A DNA stretch of 34,649 bases from a virus (taxonomy: Duplodnaviria > Caudoviricetes). Below the pieces are notes generated by a model. That model did no database searches and was not told where the DNA came from. It worked only from the letters and a program-made list of their open reading frames with translations. The stretch lies in the IMG/VR virus record IMGVR_UViG_3300020432_000399, positions 1-34,649 of that record, one strand, 5' to 3'. Position numbers and translations under genes: made by a program. How positions within the stretch are numbered: the first letter of the stretch is position 1; each line of letters begins with the position of its first letter. Shown piece by piece: positions 1 through 8,354 of the stretch.

Positions 1-9
1 AGTTGTCAT
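1..9 (-). CDS. psbA: 5' end (Met-Thr-Thr) of probable photosystem II D1 protein, truncated by window edge
   Basis: ATG ACA ACT follows ...AACGTCTTACTA. This leader and MTT start are typical of cyanomyovirus psbA, and the hli cluster is nearby. Only 3 codons are visible. Confidence 0.75.
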
Positions 10-155
10 TAGTAAGACGTTTTTAAGTAGGGCATCAGGGAAGATGCGAAACTTATTTCCAGTAATCCCTCACTACTGGATATGAAGACGTAATTTATCC
101 TCCCATAGGTCTTGGTTAGCGGGAGCAATATCAGGTGAGGAAAACATCACCTTTC
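10..155 (-). ncRNA. Structured psbA 5' leader, PhotoRC-II-like RNA motif
   Basis: Four hairpins: 32-47 (GCATC/GATGC), 59-79 (CCAGTA/TACTGG), 100-125 (CTCCC/GGGAG), 133-152 (AGGTGA/TCACCT). AAGACGT occurs twice (14-20, 85-91). Lies directly upstream of the putative psbA start. Confidence 0.7.
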
Positions 156-157
156 GT

Positions 158-191
158 TATTTATATTAACAAATCTTTACACAAAAGTCAA
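158..191 (-). promoter_or_regulatory. Composite promoter: sigma70-type TTGACT-N17-TAATAT overlapping T4 late promoter TATAAATA, with HLR1-like repeat
   Basis: -35 at 186-191, -10 at 163-168, TATAAATA at 158-165, TTAACAAA-TC-TTTACACA at 166-183 (+ strand). Confidence 0.7.
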
Positions 192-200
192 TAAGTATTA

Positions 201-3200
201 TTACTTATTTCTTGCCATCTTCTTAATTTTATTGATTGTCTTCTGTTTATTGACCACTGCATCTATCTCTGGATCACCTGTGAGAGGCATGGAATTAGCA
301 CTAATTGGATCTAATTTACCATAACGTTTTGCCTTCTTACCATACTCAGGATGCATACCTGTATTAGGATCTAACTTTGGTGGTGGGTTTTCTGGAAACT
401 CAGGTTTGATGTCATTTACATTAAAGAATTGATTTGGTTCTTTGAAGAATTGTTTTGGTCTTTGTAACTTAGTTTTCTTTACAAGCATGACTTCGGATAA
501 ATTTTTACCTCTTGGAACAAAGTGAGCAACCATTGGAGTTTTTCCAGGTTTAACTGCTTTCGGAATATAAACTCCTGGTCTTAAATGTGGATTAGAACTA
601 TCAGGTTTATCGGGATTATTTAATTTCCACTCTGCTGCTGGCATACCCAGTCCATTTTTTAACATCCAATTATAAAGATCATAGTTAGGTTGACTAGCTA
701 CACTTGTTCCCCCATCAAAAGAGAAAGTAGCTGCATCGTCACCAGTTCCTGCATATGCAGTTCTTGGATCTGATGATGCTTGTGGTTTTGATGATACAAA
801 CTTGTCTATGTAGTTTTGAACATCTTGTTCTGTCCAACCTTCAGGTTTCGTACCCATACTTCCACCACTGTTATAATAATTAATAATATTCATATGTGTG
901 CCACGACCTTGCTTTTCATTTGGATTAGGTGGTTTTTTACCAAACAAAGCAAGTTCATCACCATCCTCTGCACCTAAATTAGGTTTGAGCTCATCTTTAA
1001 ATGGATCAAACTCAGGACCTTCCTCTGGTTCTGCTAAAATATCATCACGATTATTATAGAGATTTAAGAATTGTTTATTAATACGATTAAATAGTTCCTC
1101 AATTTGTGGATCGAGAGCTCTTAAATCTTCATTATAATCATAATCACCATTAATTTTTGATAAAATTGCATCCATTTTTGATTTTACTTCATTTTGAATA
1201 TTCTCACCATAAGCAATTCTTTTGTCACTTGCATCCACTAAAAACTGATTTGAATCATCTATGCGTTTCTTGAGTTGAGTGTACAAGTCACCTCTCTTCC
1301 TAGTTGCATCAAGCATTTTAACCATATTATCATATGATTTATTCTCTGCTTCTTCATACTCTTTGTAAAGTTCCTCTCCCCTTGCCTTAATGCGTTCATA
1401 TTGTGCCTTCTGACCGTCTGTCCATAGAGTGAACTCTCTGCCAGCATATTTGTCTGCGTGAGCTTCATATCTAGCCCATGCTGTTTTAGAAATATTATCA
1501 AAACGTTGATAATCACTCATTGTATTTCTTTCATCCTTTAATGCAATTTCCATTTCTGGTTGAGAGTCGATCCATTTTTGTTCATTATCCAAGGCTTGTC
1601 TAATATATTCATCACCAGTTCCAGTTATTTCACCATAAAGAACATTTTGAAGTGAGGTAGCATCATTATATTTTTTCATATCAATACCTGCTTCCATCAG
1701 TTGTTCTGTCTCTGACATATCAAAAAAGTAAACTCCTGCAGGTGCATCCTTTTTACCTGCATAGGTTAATGCTTGATTTGATGTATTTTCATAACCAAAT
1801 GGATTCATTTGACCTGGTTGCACTAAAACATTATCAACAAATTCAGTAGCATAACCTTGGAAAGCAAACTCAAGTGCTTCGTATTGTTGTTTCAAAAGTT
1901 CTTGACCCGCTGGTGTTGCATTTCTTTCCATCTCATCATATATGCCCATGTATTCTTTGTAAACTGGATCATTTTCAAACAATGGATCGTACAATGAAGT
2001 AAATACATCAGGATCTTGTTCATAGATATCAAATACTCTAGTTTCAGCATCCTCATTACTTAATTCAGCTATCTCTTTACTTGCTTGGTCTGACTCAAAT
2101 GCTTTCATTGCATCTTGATATTGTTTAGCACCAGACCTTGTATTTGGATAGTCCTCTCTCTGAGGTTCTATGGGTTCACTAGGCATAGGAGGAACTGGTG
2201 AATCTAATTCCAATGCATCTTCTAAAGGTTTTCTTGCAAGATATTGTCTGACAGATAAAGCTGATAAAGACTCTGGTGATGCTCCCTCTGCCTCAGCTTT
2301 TGCCATTGCTTCAGTATGTTTTGTCATCATCTCTGCATGTGCTTTTGCCAATGCATCCATTTCTGCATCACCACCTGACTTTGCAGCAGCTATGAGTGCT
2401 GCATTTTCATCTGAAGGAGGTATAACTGGTAAGTCAGATACATTTAAATCTAACTGTGGTTCAACATTTATATTGTTAGCACTAAAAGATTTGGCTGCAT
2501 TATATAATTTCATAGCATCACTGTATTTTTTAGCACCAGATCTTCCCATTGGAAAATCTTCTCTTTGTGGTGCATTCTCATCTTCAGCACCAAAAGAAAA
2601 TAAATTAGATACAACTTCCTTTCCTTGATTGAGAACATTACTTACAGTTTTTTTAATCTGTTCAGCTGCTGATGGTTTTTCACTTTGAATCGGATTTCCT
2701 TTTTTATCAACAGAATATTTTCCTGGTACATCAACTTCATAATACATCATAGGAGACTTATAAGATGAACCACCAAAATTTTTCGTATTTGTTAGACCAA
2801 GTTTTGCGATTATTGCAGGACCAAAAGTTGTTGCTGTCCAAACAGGAATATTAATTATATTTCCAGGTGCAAAATCAATACCACCCACATTAAAAGTTTG
2901 TGGGAAAGGAACTTTACCTGTTCCTAAAGTATCATATTCTAATCCAAGAGCATCAGAGATTAATTTAGCTCCATAAAACCATCCATCATCCCATGATGTT
3001 GCATTTTCAACCCCCTCAATACTTCCACCTGTTGTAAACTTATATCCTTTAGTAAGTTTTGTTTTTCCAGTTTCAAGAAGATGAGGTAGATTTACTTTTA
3101 CATTATTATGCATAAAATTATCTAATCCAAAGTTATTACCTATAGTATCACTGATCATTGCTTCAAGTTCTTTTTTCAATCTCTTTTGTGCATCTTCATC

Positions 3201-6170
3201 GTTAGTAGCTCTTATTGAATTAACGATACTTTGATAATTACCAGAATTAATAGTGGTAGTAAGGTCATTCATATCACCCTTTGTAATCTGATTTGACATA
3301 TTAATTGGATTTTCATATGTCGCACCAGGTGTGTTTGGATTTTTAGCAACTTTTCCAAGAAAATTATTGTACTCATTAAAAGCATTCGCAGATGTTTTTG
3401 CACCTAAAAGAGGTTGTGTGATATCAGCTAGACTATCAACAATAACAGCAGATATTCCCTGTTCTAGTGCTGATGTAATCACATTATCATCAGCAGCATC
3501 AAGAATTTCTTGTGCTTTCTCAGGGTACATTTTTTCAATTGCTGCTTTTTTTTGTTCAGCAGTCATCCCTTTCATCATCTCACTAATTTCTGCAGATGAT
3601 TTAACAGAATTTCTTGCTTCTGTTGAAACTGCCACTTCTGTTTTCTTTTCAGCAGCATCTTTTTTAAATCCAGCAAGATCTTTATCTGGTTTTTCAACTC
3701 CAAGTATACTTGCTAATGCTAAATCTGGATCAGGTGGAGTATTAGGATCTACACTTGCTTTGGATGTATCTTCTGGTCTTGCATCATAATCCATAGTCCA
3801 AGAGGTTCCACCAGTACGAGTTTTAGGATCAAATCCTCTTGTTCCATATCCTGATTCTGGTTGACCAGTATATATTTCTCCAGGTGCTAGACCATTTGCT
3901 GGTTTTAGTTCTCCAAATGCACCCATATAATTAGATCCAAATATTCTACCATCATCAGTTCTATATCCAAATGTAAACCAACTTGGTAAATTTTTTATAT
4001 AATTTTCTTCACTATATGGATCTTCTCCTTGCCACTCGCCTTTAGAATTAAATAATTGATTATACAGTTGAGGATTAACTGACTTTAATTTCTCAGCACT
4101 CATTCTTATTTCACCTGGTCTGTGCTCTCCACCTATACCAAGTTTTTTAGAAATCCAAGTCGCATAACCAGCAAATGGAATCGGAACACTATCAAGTCCA
4201 TACTTACCACCAAGTATCCATGCAGCAACCATGCCAGCCGCAGGAAGAACTTTTGTGGCATCATACTTATCTGGATCTTTCATTATCTGTTCTTCATTCG
4301 TGTCAAAGTCATAATTAAATGGTAGTATTAATTCACCTGTAGAAGAATCAAATTTCATCTCTCCACCAGAACCAATCACAGCATCACCAACTGTTATTGT
4401 ACCTTTATCATTAATATAAGCATCTTCAAATGCACTGTTGACAAACTTATCACCCAAATACTCATTATCAATTACATCTGGTAGATTACCAATAAGGTAA
4501 TTTAAATAAACTTTACCTGCAGTTGCTATTTTTGATGTAGGACTTGCAACTTCAGAATATTTCATTGCAGCTTTGTATTGCTCTGCACCAGATCTTGTGA
4601 ATGGAAAATCAGATCTTTGTGGGTCAATGAGTGCTTCATCATTTTTAACCTTTTCCTGATTTGATTTAATCTCATCAGCAGATATCGTTGCTAAATTCTG
4701 TACAAAGTTAGCAACTTCTGTTCCAAGTTCACTTTCAACTGATGCCACTACAGAGGAAAGATTAGAATTATTAGTAGATACTCCCTCTGGAGTAAGAATA
4801 CTATCTATTTTATCAAAAGTACCATTTTTTACTAACTTATTAACACTCGTCTTGGTAGATTGACTTCCCTGAGAAGCACCTATTTCAGCACCAACACTAG
4901 AAGGAACATTAAATTTATTAGCCAGTGTAGTTGGTTCTAATGTTACTATTCCTGATGATTTTTTATTCTTATCTACACCAGTGGTTGAGTCTTTACCTTT
5001 AACTATACCTGTTACTTTTGCAATTGGGTCTGCTGGTTGTGAAGTGGTTGGTTTTCCAAGTGCAGTTTTTAACTGAGTGGCACCAAATGCTTTTTTAACT
5101 TCATCTCTACTTTGTGGTGATGGTTCAACGTCATCTCCAATCTTTGCAGATGCAAATGGATCTTCTCCACCAACTCTAACTTCTCTACCTGGAAAATCAT
5201 CTCCAAATCTTGAAGCGGTATAATCATCAGATGCTTGTAGTTTATCATCAACAGCTTTCTTTCTTTTCTTTGGAGTTGATGTTGATTTTGGTGGTGCTGA
5301 TCTTATAAACGATGATGCCTCTGGGTTATCAAGAGGAACAACAACAGTTAATGGTGTCCTTCTTTGGAAATTAATTTCAGTTATACCATAATTATCAAAT
5401 CCAATTCCACTTGAAGCTAGTTGGATTAACATAAATTCAGTTCCCTTTGCTCTAGCAAAATCTGGGATTTCTACAGAATACTTATTTAATCCCGAATTAC
5501 CAGACGCACCTATAGGAATAATAACATCGTCTGTACTGCTTCCATCTTTACCTGGTGGAAATGAACCATCTGGTTTCACAATTAAAAACCTGAATTGATT
5601 CATTTCAGGTGTTTTATACATTACATATAATTCTTCTCCAACTTCATCAGGATCTTCCCCACCATTTGAGTCATTACCGACTATGGCATTAATTTCAAGA
5701 GTATCTACTTCAGTAGAGTCAATTGCAGATAATCCTGCCCATCTTATGGCATGTCCAGTTTCATTATAACCCTCTCCTTGAAATGAAAGATATTGTTGTC
5801 CAAGAGCAAAACCACCATCCTGTCCCGAACCTGATCCACTATTTCTAATTTGACTTCCTGTGTTTCCATCATAACTATCACCAGGTGTAAAAACACCTGT
5901 TACAGTTGTTATATAACTCGATGCATCAATTGTATCAACTGCTGTAACAGTTCCATCACCTGGTGCTTTTTGAATATTGATGGTTGATACATCGGAGGTG
6001 GTCATACCCTCCCTCCAATTATATTTTTTAGTTTCCATTGTGGAAACAAGATATTGCTTAAATTCTTTCTTCTTCTTTTCTTCTTCTATCTTAGCGGCCT
6101 TCTTCTGCTCGTGCTTATTTCTAAGGTCTTTTGATTCTATATGATGAAATATTTTGGAAAACTTTCCCAT
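201..6170 (-). CDS. Large 1989-aa late protein, probably virion-associated; beta-rich N-terminal domain, triplicated PQRxDF/YPxxRSGAxxYxxAMK motif, coiled-coil region
   Basis: Long uninterrupted ORF with ATAAATA late promoter at 6190-6196. N-terminus (KYNWREGMTT) and C-terminus (GMHPEYGKKAKRYGKLDPISANSMP) resemble large psbA-adjacent cyanomyovirus proteins as I recall them. Function uncertain. Confidence 0.8.
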   Translation of the reverse strand: MGKFSKIFHHIESKDLRNKHEQKKAAKIEEEKKKKEFKQYLVSTMETKKYNWREGMTTSDVSTINIQKAPGDGTVTAVDTIDASSYITTVTGVFTPGDSYDGNTGSQIRNSGSGSGQDGGFALGQQYLSFQGEGYNETGHAIRWAGLSAIDSTEVDTLEINAIVGNDSNGGEDPDEVGEELYVMYKTPEMNQFRFLIVKPDGSFPPGKDGSSTDDVIIPIGASGNSGLNKYSVEIPDFARAKGTEFMLIQLASSGIGFDNYGITEINFQRRTPLTVVVPLDNPEASSFIRSAPPKSTSTPKKRKKAVDDKLQASDDYTASRFGDDFPGREVRVGGEDPFASAKIGDDVEPSPQSRDEVKKAFGATQLKTALGKPTTSQPADPIAKVTGIVKGKDSTTGVDKNKKSSGIVTLEPTTLANKFNVPSSVGAEIGASQGSQSTKTSVNKLVKNGTFDKIDSILTPEGVSTNNSNLSSVVASVESELGTEVANFVQNLATISADEIKSNQEKVKNDEALIDPQRSDFPFTRSGAEQYKAAMKYSEVASPTSKIATAGKVYLNYLIGNLPDVIDNEYLGDKFVNSAFEDAYINDKGTITVGDAVIGSGGEMKFDSSTGELILPFNYDFDTNEEQIMKDPDKYDATKVLPAAGMVAAWILGGKYGLDSVPIPFAGYATWISKKLGIGGEHRPGEIRMSAEKLKSVNPQLYNQLFNSKGEWQGEDPYSEENYIKNLPSWFTFGYRTDDGRIFGSNYMGAFGELKPANGLAPGEIYTGQPESGYGTRGFDPKTRTGGTSWTMDYDARPEDTSKASVDPNTPPDPDLALASILGVEKPDKDLAGFKKDAAEKKTEVAVSTEARNSVKSSAEISEMMKGMTAEQKKAAIEKMYPEKAQEILDAADDNVITSALEQGISAVIVDSLADITQPLLGAKTSANAFNEYNNFLGKVAKNPNTPGATYENPINMSNQITKGDMNDLTTTINSGNYQSIVNSIRATNDEDAQKRLKKELEAMISDTIGNNFGLDNFMHNNVKVNLPHLLETGKTKLTKGYKFTTGGSIEGVENATSWDDGWFYGAKLISDALGLEYDTLGTGKVPFPQTFNVGGIDFAPGNIINIPVWTATTFGPAIIAKLGLTNTKNFGGSSYKSPMMYYEVDVPGKYSVDKKGNPIQSEKPSAAEQIKKTVSNVLNQGKEVVSNLFSFGAEDENAPQREDFPMGRSGAKKYSDAMKLYNAAKSFSANNINVEPQLDLNVSDLPVIPPSDENAALIAAAKSGGDAEMDALAKAHAEMMTKHTEAMAKAEAEGASPESLSALSVRQYLARKPLEDALELDSPVPPMPSEPIEPQREDYPNTRSGAKQYQDAMKAFESDQASKEIAELSNEDAETRVFDIYEQDPDVFTSLYDPLFENDPVYKEYMGIYDEMERNATPAGQELLKQQYEALEFAFQGYATEFVDNVLVQPGQMNPFGYENTSNQALTYAGKKDAPAGVYFFDMSETEQLMEAGIDMKKYNDATSLQNVLYGEITGTGDEYIRQALDNEQKWIDSQPEMEIALKDERNTMSDYQRFDNISKTAWARYEAHADKYAGREFTLWTDGQKAQYERIKARGEELYKEYEEAENKSYDNMVKMLDATRKRGDLYTQLKKRIDDSNQFLVDASDKRIAYGENIQNEVKSKMDAILSKINGDYDYNEDLRALDPQIEELFNRINKQFLNLYNNRDDILAEPEEGPEFDPFKDELKPNLGAEDGDELALFGKKPPNPNEKQGRGTHMNIINYYNSGGSMGTKPEGWTEQDVQNYIDKFVSSKPQASSDPRTAYAGTGDDAATFSFDGGTSVASQPNYDLYNWMLKNGLGMPAAEWKLNNPDKPDSSNPHLRPGVYIPKAVKPGKTPMVAHFVPRGKNLSEVMLVKKTKLQRPKQFFKEPNQFFNVNDIKPEFPENPPPKLDPNTGMHPEYGKKAKRYGKLDPISANSMPLTGDPEIDAVVNKQKTINKIKKMARNK

Positions 6171-6189
6171 TGCAAAAAATACTTTTAAG

Positions 6190-6196
6190 TATTTAT
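6190..6196 (-). promoter_or_regulatory. T4-like late promoter ATAAATA
   Basis: ATAAATA ~20 nt upstream of the 1989-aa ATG, overlapping the previous stop codon. Confidence 0.65.
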
Positions 6197-6297
6197 GTTT
6201 CCATCATAGCAGACATCATCACAACAAACAAGGTTGTTACCATAACTGTTCCAGATAATATCATTAGGAACATCGGTAAGATGTGATAGGGGTTCAT
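6193..6297 (-). CDS. 34-aa single-TM microprotein MNPYHILPMFLMILSGTVMVTTLFVVMMSAMMET
   Basis: Manually translated. TAATG stop/start overlap with the upstream gene; hydrophobic helix. Confidence 0.6.
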   Translation of the reverse strand: MNPYHILPMFLMILSGTVMVTTLFVVMMSAMMET

Positions 6298-6410
6298 TAA
6301 ATTAGTCCAAGAGATCCTGCTGTAACACCTACTCCAAGAAAAAATACAAATTCCACCAAGTCTCTAGAACCTGGTGGTATGTTAGTGATTATGGTTTGTA
6401 GAATAATCAT
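6297..6410 (-). CDS. 37-aa single-TM microprotein MIILQTIITNIPPGSRDLVEFVFFLGVGVTAGSLGLI
   Basis: Manually translated. ATGA and TAATG overlaps on the two sides; Gly-rich TM helix. Confidence 0.7.
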   Translation of the reverse strand: MIILQTIITNIPPGSRDLVEFVFFLGVGVTAGSLGLI

Positions 6411-6481
6411 GAGTACACATATTGACCTGCGTTAGTAATAACGTAGGTTGCTATAATAATTAAAAAACTTAGTTGAGGCAT
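6407..6481 (-). CDS. 24-aa hydrophobic microprotein MPQLSFLIIIATYVITNAGQYVYS
   Basis: Manually translated. Fills the gap exactly, with an ATGA overlap to the next gene. Confidence 0.55.
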   Translation of the reverse strand: MPQLSFLIIIATYVITNAGQYVYS

Positions 6482-6567
6482 TTGAAAAAAAGTATTATCA
6501 CACCGACCATTGCTAATCTTCCATTAACAAGTTCAGCGTATTTCCAATAAGAATGTTCAAAATCCAT
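6469..6567 (-). CDS. hli: Short high-light inducible protein, 32 aa MDFEHSYWKYAELVNGRLAMVGVIILFFKCLN
   Basis: AExxNGRLAM chlorophyll-binding motif; lacks the TGQIIPG tail; TAATG-coupled to the upstream gene. Confidence 0.8.
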   Translation of the reverse strand: MDFEHSYWKYAELVNGRLAMVGVIILFFKCLN

Positions 6568-6740
6568 TATGCTCCTTGATATACAGGTGTCATTACTCCA
6601 CCTCCTTCATCATCATCGTCATCATCATTCACAGAGCGTAAAAAAAACTCAATAGCAACAAGAGCACCTACTGGATAGAAACACCATAGTATGGCTTTCC
6701 ATATTGGGTAAGAGTCTGTTGCTGTTTGAAGTTCAATCAT
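6567..6740 (-). CDS. 57-aa membrane microprotein with acidic tail (…WKAILWCFYPVGALVAIEFFLRSVNDDDDDDEGGGVMTPVYQGA)
   Basis: Manually translated. TM helix plus D6-EGGG tail; late promoter CTAAATA at 6761-6767 upstream. Confidence 0.75.
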   Translation of the reverse strand: MIELQTATDSYPIWKAILWCFYPVGALVAIEFFLRSVNDDDDDDEGGGVMTPVYQGA

Positions 6741-6779
6741 TATGTTACATTTGTTAATAATATTTAGTTTTGTAAAGTT

Positions 6780-6869
6780 TTACACCAATACACCCATAGG
6801 GATAGCAGACATAACTGCCACCATGAAGATGTATGGTACAACTTTAAGGGGTACTGGTGCGATATTCAT
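6780..6869 (-). CDS. 29-aa hydrophobic microprotein MNIAPVPLKVVPYIFMVAVMSAIPMGVLV
   Basis: Manually translated. TAATG overlap with the upstream hli. Confidence 0.6.
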   Translation of the reverse strand: MNIAPVPLKVVPYIFMVAVMSAIPMGVLV

Positions 6870-6997
6870 TATACGAAACCTGGTATTAGTTGACCTGTTG
6901 TTAAATATGCACCAATTCCTGCGATGATGCCAAGCATTGCTAATCTACCGTTAAGTTTTTCAGCAACTAACTTTTCTCTTTCAATTTCTTTTTTCAT
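6869..6997 (-). CDS. hli: High-light inducible protein, 42 aa MKKEIEREKLVAEKLNGRLAMLGIIAGIGAYLTTGQLIPGFV
   Basis: AEKLNGRLAM and TTGQLIPG motifs. Confidence 0.93.
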   Translation of the reverse strand: MKKEIEREKLVAEKLNGRLAMLGIIAGIGAYLTTGQLIPGFV

Positions 6998-7105
6998 TTA
7001 GAAAATACCTGGAATGATGTTTCCTGTTGTTGCATATGCTCCTACTGCTGCAACGAAGCCAAGCATAGCTGCCCAACCATTAAATCTTTCTGCTTCTGGT
7101 GTCAT
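6998..7105 (-). CDS. hli: High-light inducible protein, 35 aa MTPEAERFNGWAAMLGFVAAVGAYATTGNIIPGIF
   Basis: Canonical Prochlorococcus multicopy-type Hli sequence. An in-frame upstream ATG at 7150 is also possible. Confidence 0.93.
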   Translation of the reverse strand: MTPEAERFNGWAAMLGFVAAVGAYATTGNIIPGIF

Positions 7106-7151
7106 TAAATTGTACCTTTTTTGAATTGTGAATTGTGTGTTAATTTTCATT

Positions 7152-7265
7152 TTAGAAAATGCCTGGAATTATCCATCCAGTAAATCCGTAGTTGACTACG
7201 GCTGCAAGCAAACCCATCATGGCAAGTCTACCATTCATTTGCTCTGCGGTCTTCCAGTAGTTCAT
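7152..7265 (-). CDS. hli: High-light inducible protein, 37 aa MNYWKTAEQMNGRLAMMGLLAAVVNYGFTGWIIPGIF
   Basis: Hli motifs. True start taken as the ATG at 7265 (TAATG overlap), not the 7340 start in the ORF track. Confidence 0.93.
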   Translation of the reverse strand: MNYWKTAEQMNGRLAMMGLLAAVVNYGFTGWIIPGIF

Positions 7266-7462
7266 TAGAAAATACCTGGAATGATTTGTCCTGTGGTGGC
7301 ATACGCACCTAGAAGTGCAACGAAACCGATCATAGCCCAACGACCATTAACCTTTTCTGCATTCTGAGGATATCCTTCGTATGACGCACTCTCATCAATG
7401 TAAGGACGAGTTTCATTTGGGAAAGCATTTTGTCTTCCGCCTGATTCAGTTGTAACAGTCAT
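7265..7462 (-). CDS. hli: High-light inducible protein, 65 aa
   Basis: MTVTTESGGRQNAFPNE…AEKVNGRWAMIG…TTGQIIPGIF. Confidence 0.95.
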   Translation of the reverse strand: MTVTTESGGRQNAFPNETRPYIDESASYEGYPQNAEKVNGRWAMIGFVALLGAYATTGQIIPGIF

Positions 7463-7468
7463 TTAAGT

Positions 7469-7518
7469 TTTGTTAAGAAACGTAACATAATTATATAGCA
7501 AATATAAAATTTTGTCAA
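7469..7518 (-). promoter_or_regulatory. Consensus sigma70 promoter TTGACA-N17-TATAAT for the hli operon, with downstream HLR1-like repeat
   Basis: -35 at 7513-7518, -10 at 7490-7495, GTTACGTT-TC-TTAACAAA at 7469-7486. Confidence 0.8.
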
Positions 7519-7527
7519 ATTTCTTTA

Positions 7528-7552
7528 CAAAAGAAAGTCTGGACTCACAGAC
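7528..7552 (-). terminator. Probable weak intrinsic terminator of the glycan cluster
   Basis: GTCTG-tgagtc-CAGAC hairpin followed by TTTCTTTT on the minus strand, just after the GT25 stop. Confidence 0.4.
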
Positions 7553-7562
7553 AAAGGGGTGA

Positions 7563-8354
7563 TTATTGCTGATTCTGTACAGGTTCTGTCACACGACCAA
7601 GGTAAGGATCGTAATTCATTAACTTTTCTATGCTTACATCTATACCAGAATGTGTCCACCAGTTAGTCAGTGCGTTGTAACTTGCTTTGTGTATTGCATC
7701 TACATGCTCTGGATGTATTGAAGATCCAAGTTGTACTTTGTATAGGAATATCGGAACTGCATATGTATTTCCTGAGTTGTATATTAAATCATCTGCCACT
7801 GCTCTTGGTTTCACACCATTATCAAGTTTGTACTTATCTCCTCTACAATGAAGTCTTATGAGTTTCTCTGCGTGATGACGACTAATAATATAACAAGCAG
7901 TTGAAAAATCATTTACAAATCTTTTATGTAATGTCACATGAAGTCCACCAGTGCATATAATAGCAAGTTGAATTACATCCCAATCATATGGCATCTTTGC
8001 TATGAAGTTACTCCAATTGAAATTCCAACACTTTACAATATCTAAATCTATATCATCTTCCATAATAACAGCATATGGAGTATCAGATGTTTCATACCAA
8101 TGTTTAATAGCCTTAAGATGTGATGTCGTACAACCAACCTCACCTGATGTCATCTGTTCTGGGTATCTACCTTTTAATATATCACTTAGATCATCATCAC
8201 GACCATCATATCCTGACACTCTCTCATAGTTTTCGATCTCCCAATACTTGAAGAGTTCTTCCATGTATTCTTTTCTTTCTGGTTGACCATCAAGATTGAT
8301 GTAATATATCGGACCAATATTCTTTAATTTAAATGCTGATTTATTTTTATCCAT
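7563..8354 (-). CDS. Glycosyltransferase family 25 (LPS biosynthesis-type)
   Basis: YYINLD..PERK, GEVGCTTSH, IMEDD motifs. Start MDKNK at 8354 by TAATG coupling. Confidence 0.88.
   Translation of the reverse strand: MDKNKSAFKLKNIGPIYYINLDGQPERKEYMEELFKYWEIENYERVSGYDGRDDDLSDILKGRYPEQMTSGEVGCTTSHLKAIKHWYETSDTPYAVIMEDDIDLDIVKCWNFNWSNFIAKMPYDWDVIQLAIICTGGLHVTLHKRFVNDFSTACYIISRHHAEKLIRLHCRGDKYKLDNGVKPRAVADDLIYNSGNTYAVPIFLYKVQLGSSIHPEHVDAIHKASYNALTNWWTHSGIDVSIEKLMNYDPYLGRVTEPVQNQQ

Noticed and set aside
1259-5251. Alternative ORFs within the 1989-aa gene (1259-1516, 2170-2628, 3331-3789, 4122-4325, 5069-5251)
   Set aside because: Antisense or off-frame shadows of a codon-biased gene; Ser/Ala/Phe-rich translations with no promoter or RBS support
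6742-6927. Plus-strand 61-aa ORF
   Set aside because: Antisense to a clear hli and its coupled microprotein
6998-7300. Repeated TTAGAAAAT(A/G)CCTGGAAT as a possible CRISPR-like array
   Set aside because: These are the coding IIPGIF-stop ends of tandem hli paralogs, with gene-length spacing
7266-7340. N-terminal extension of the hli ORF 7152..7340 given in the track
   Set aside because: Overlaps the upstream hli out of frame; the ATG at 7265 gives a canonical Hli with TAATG coupling
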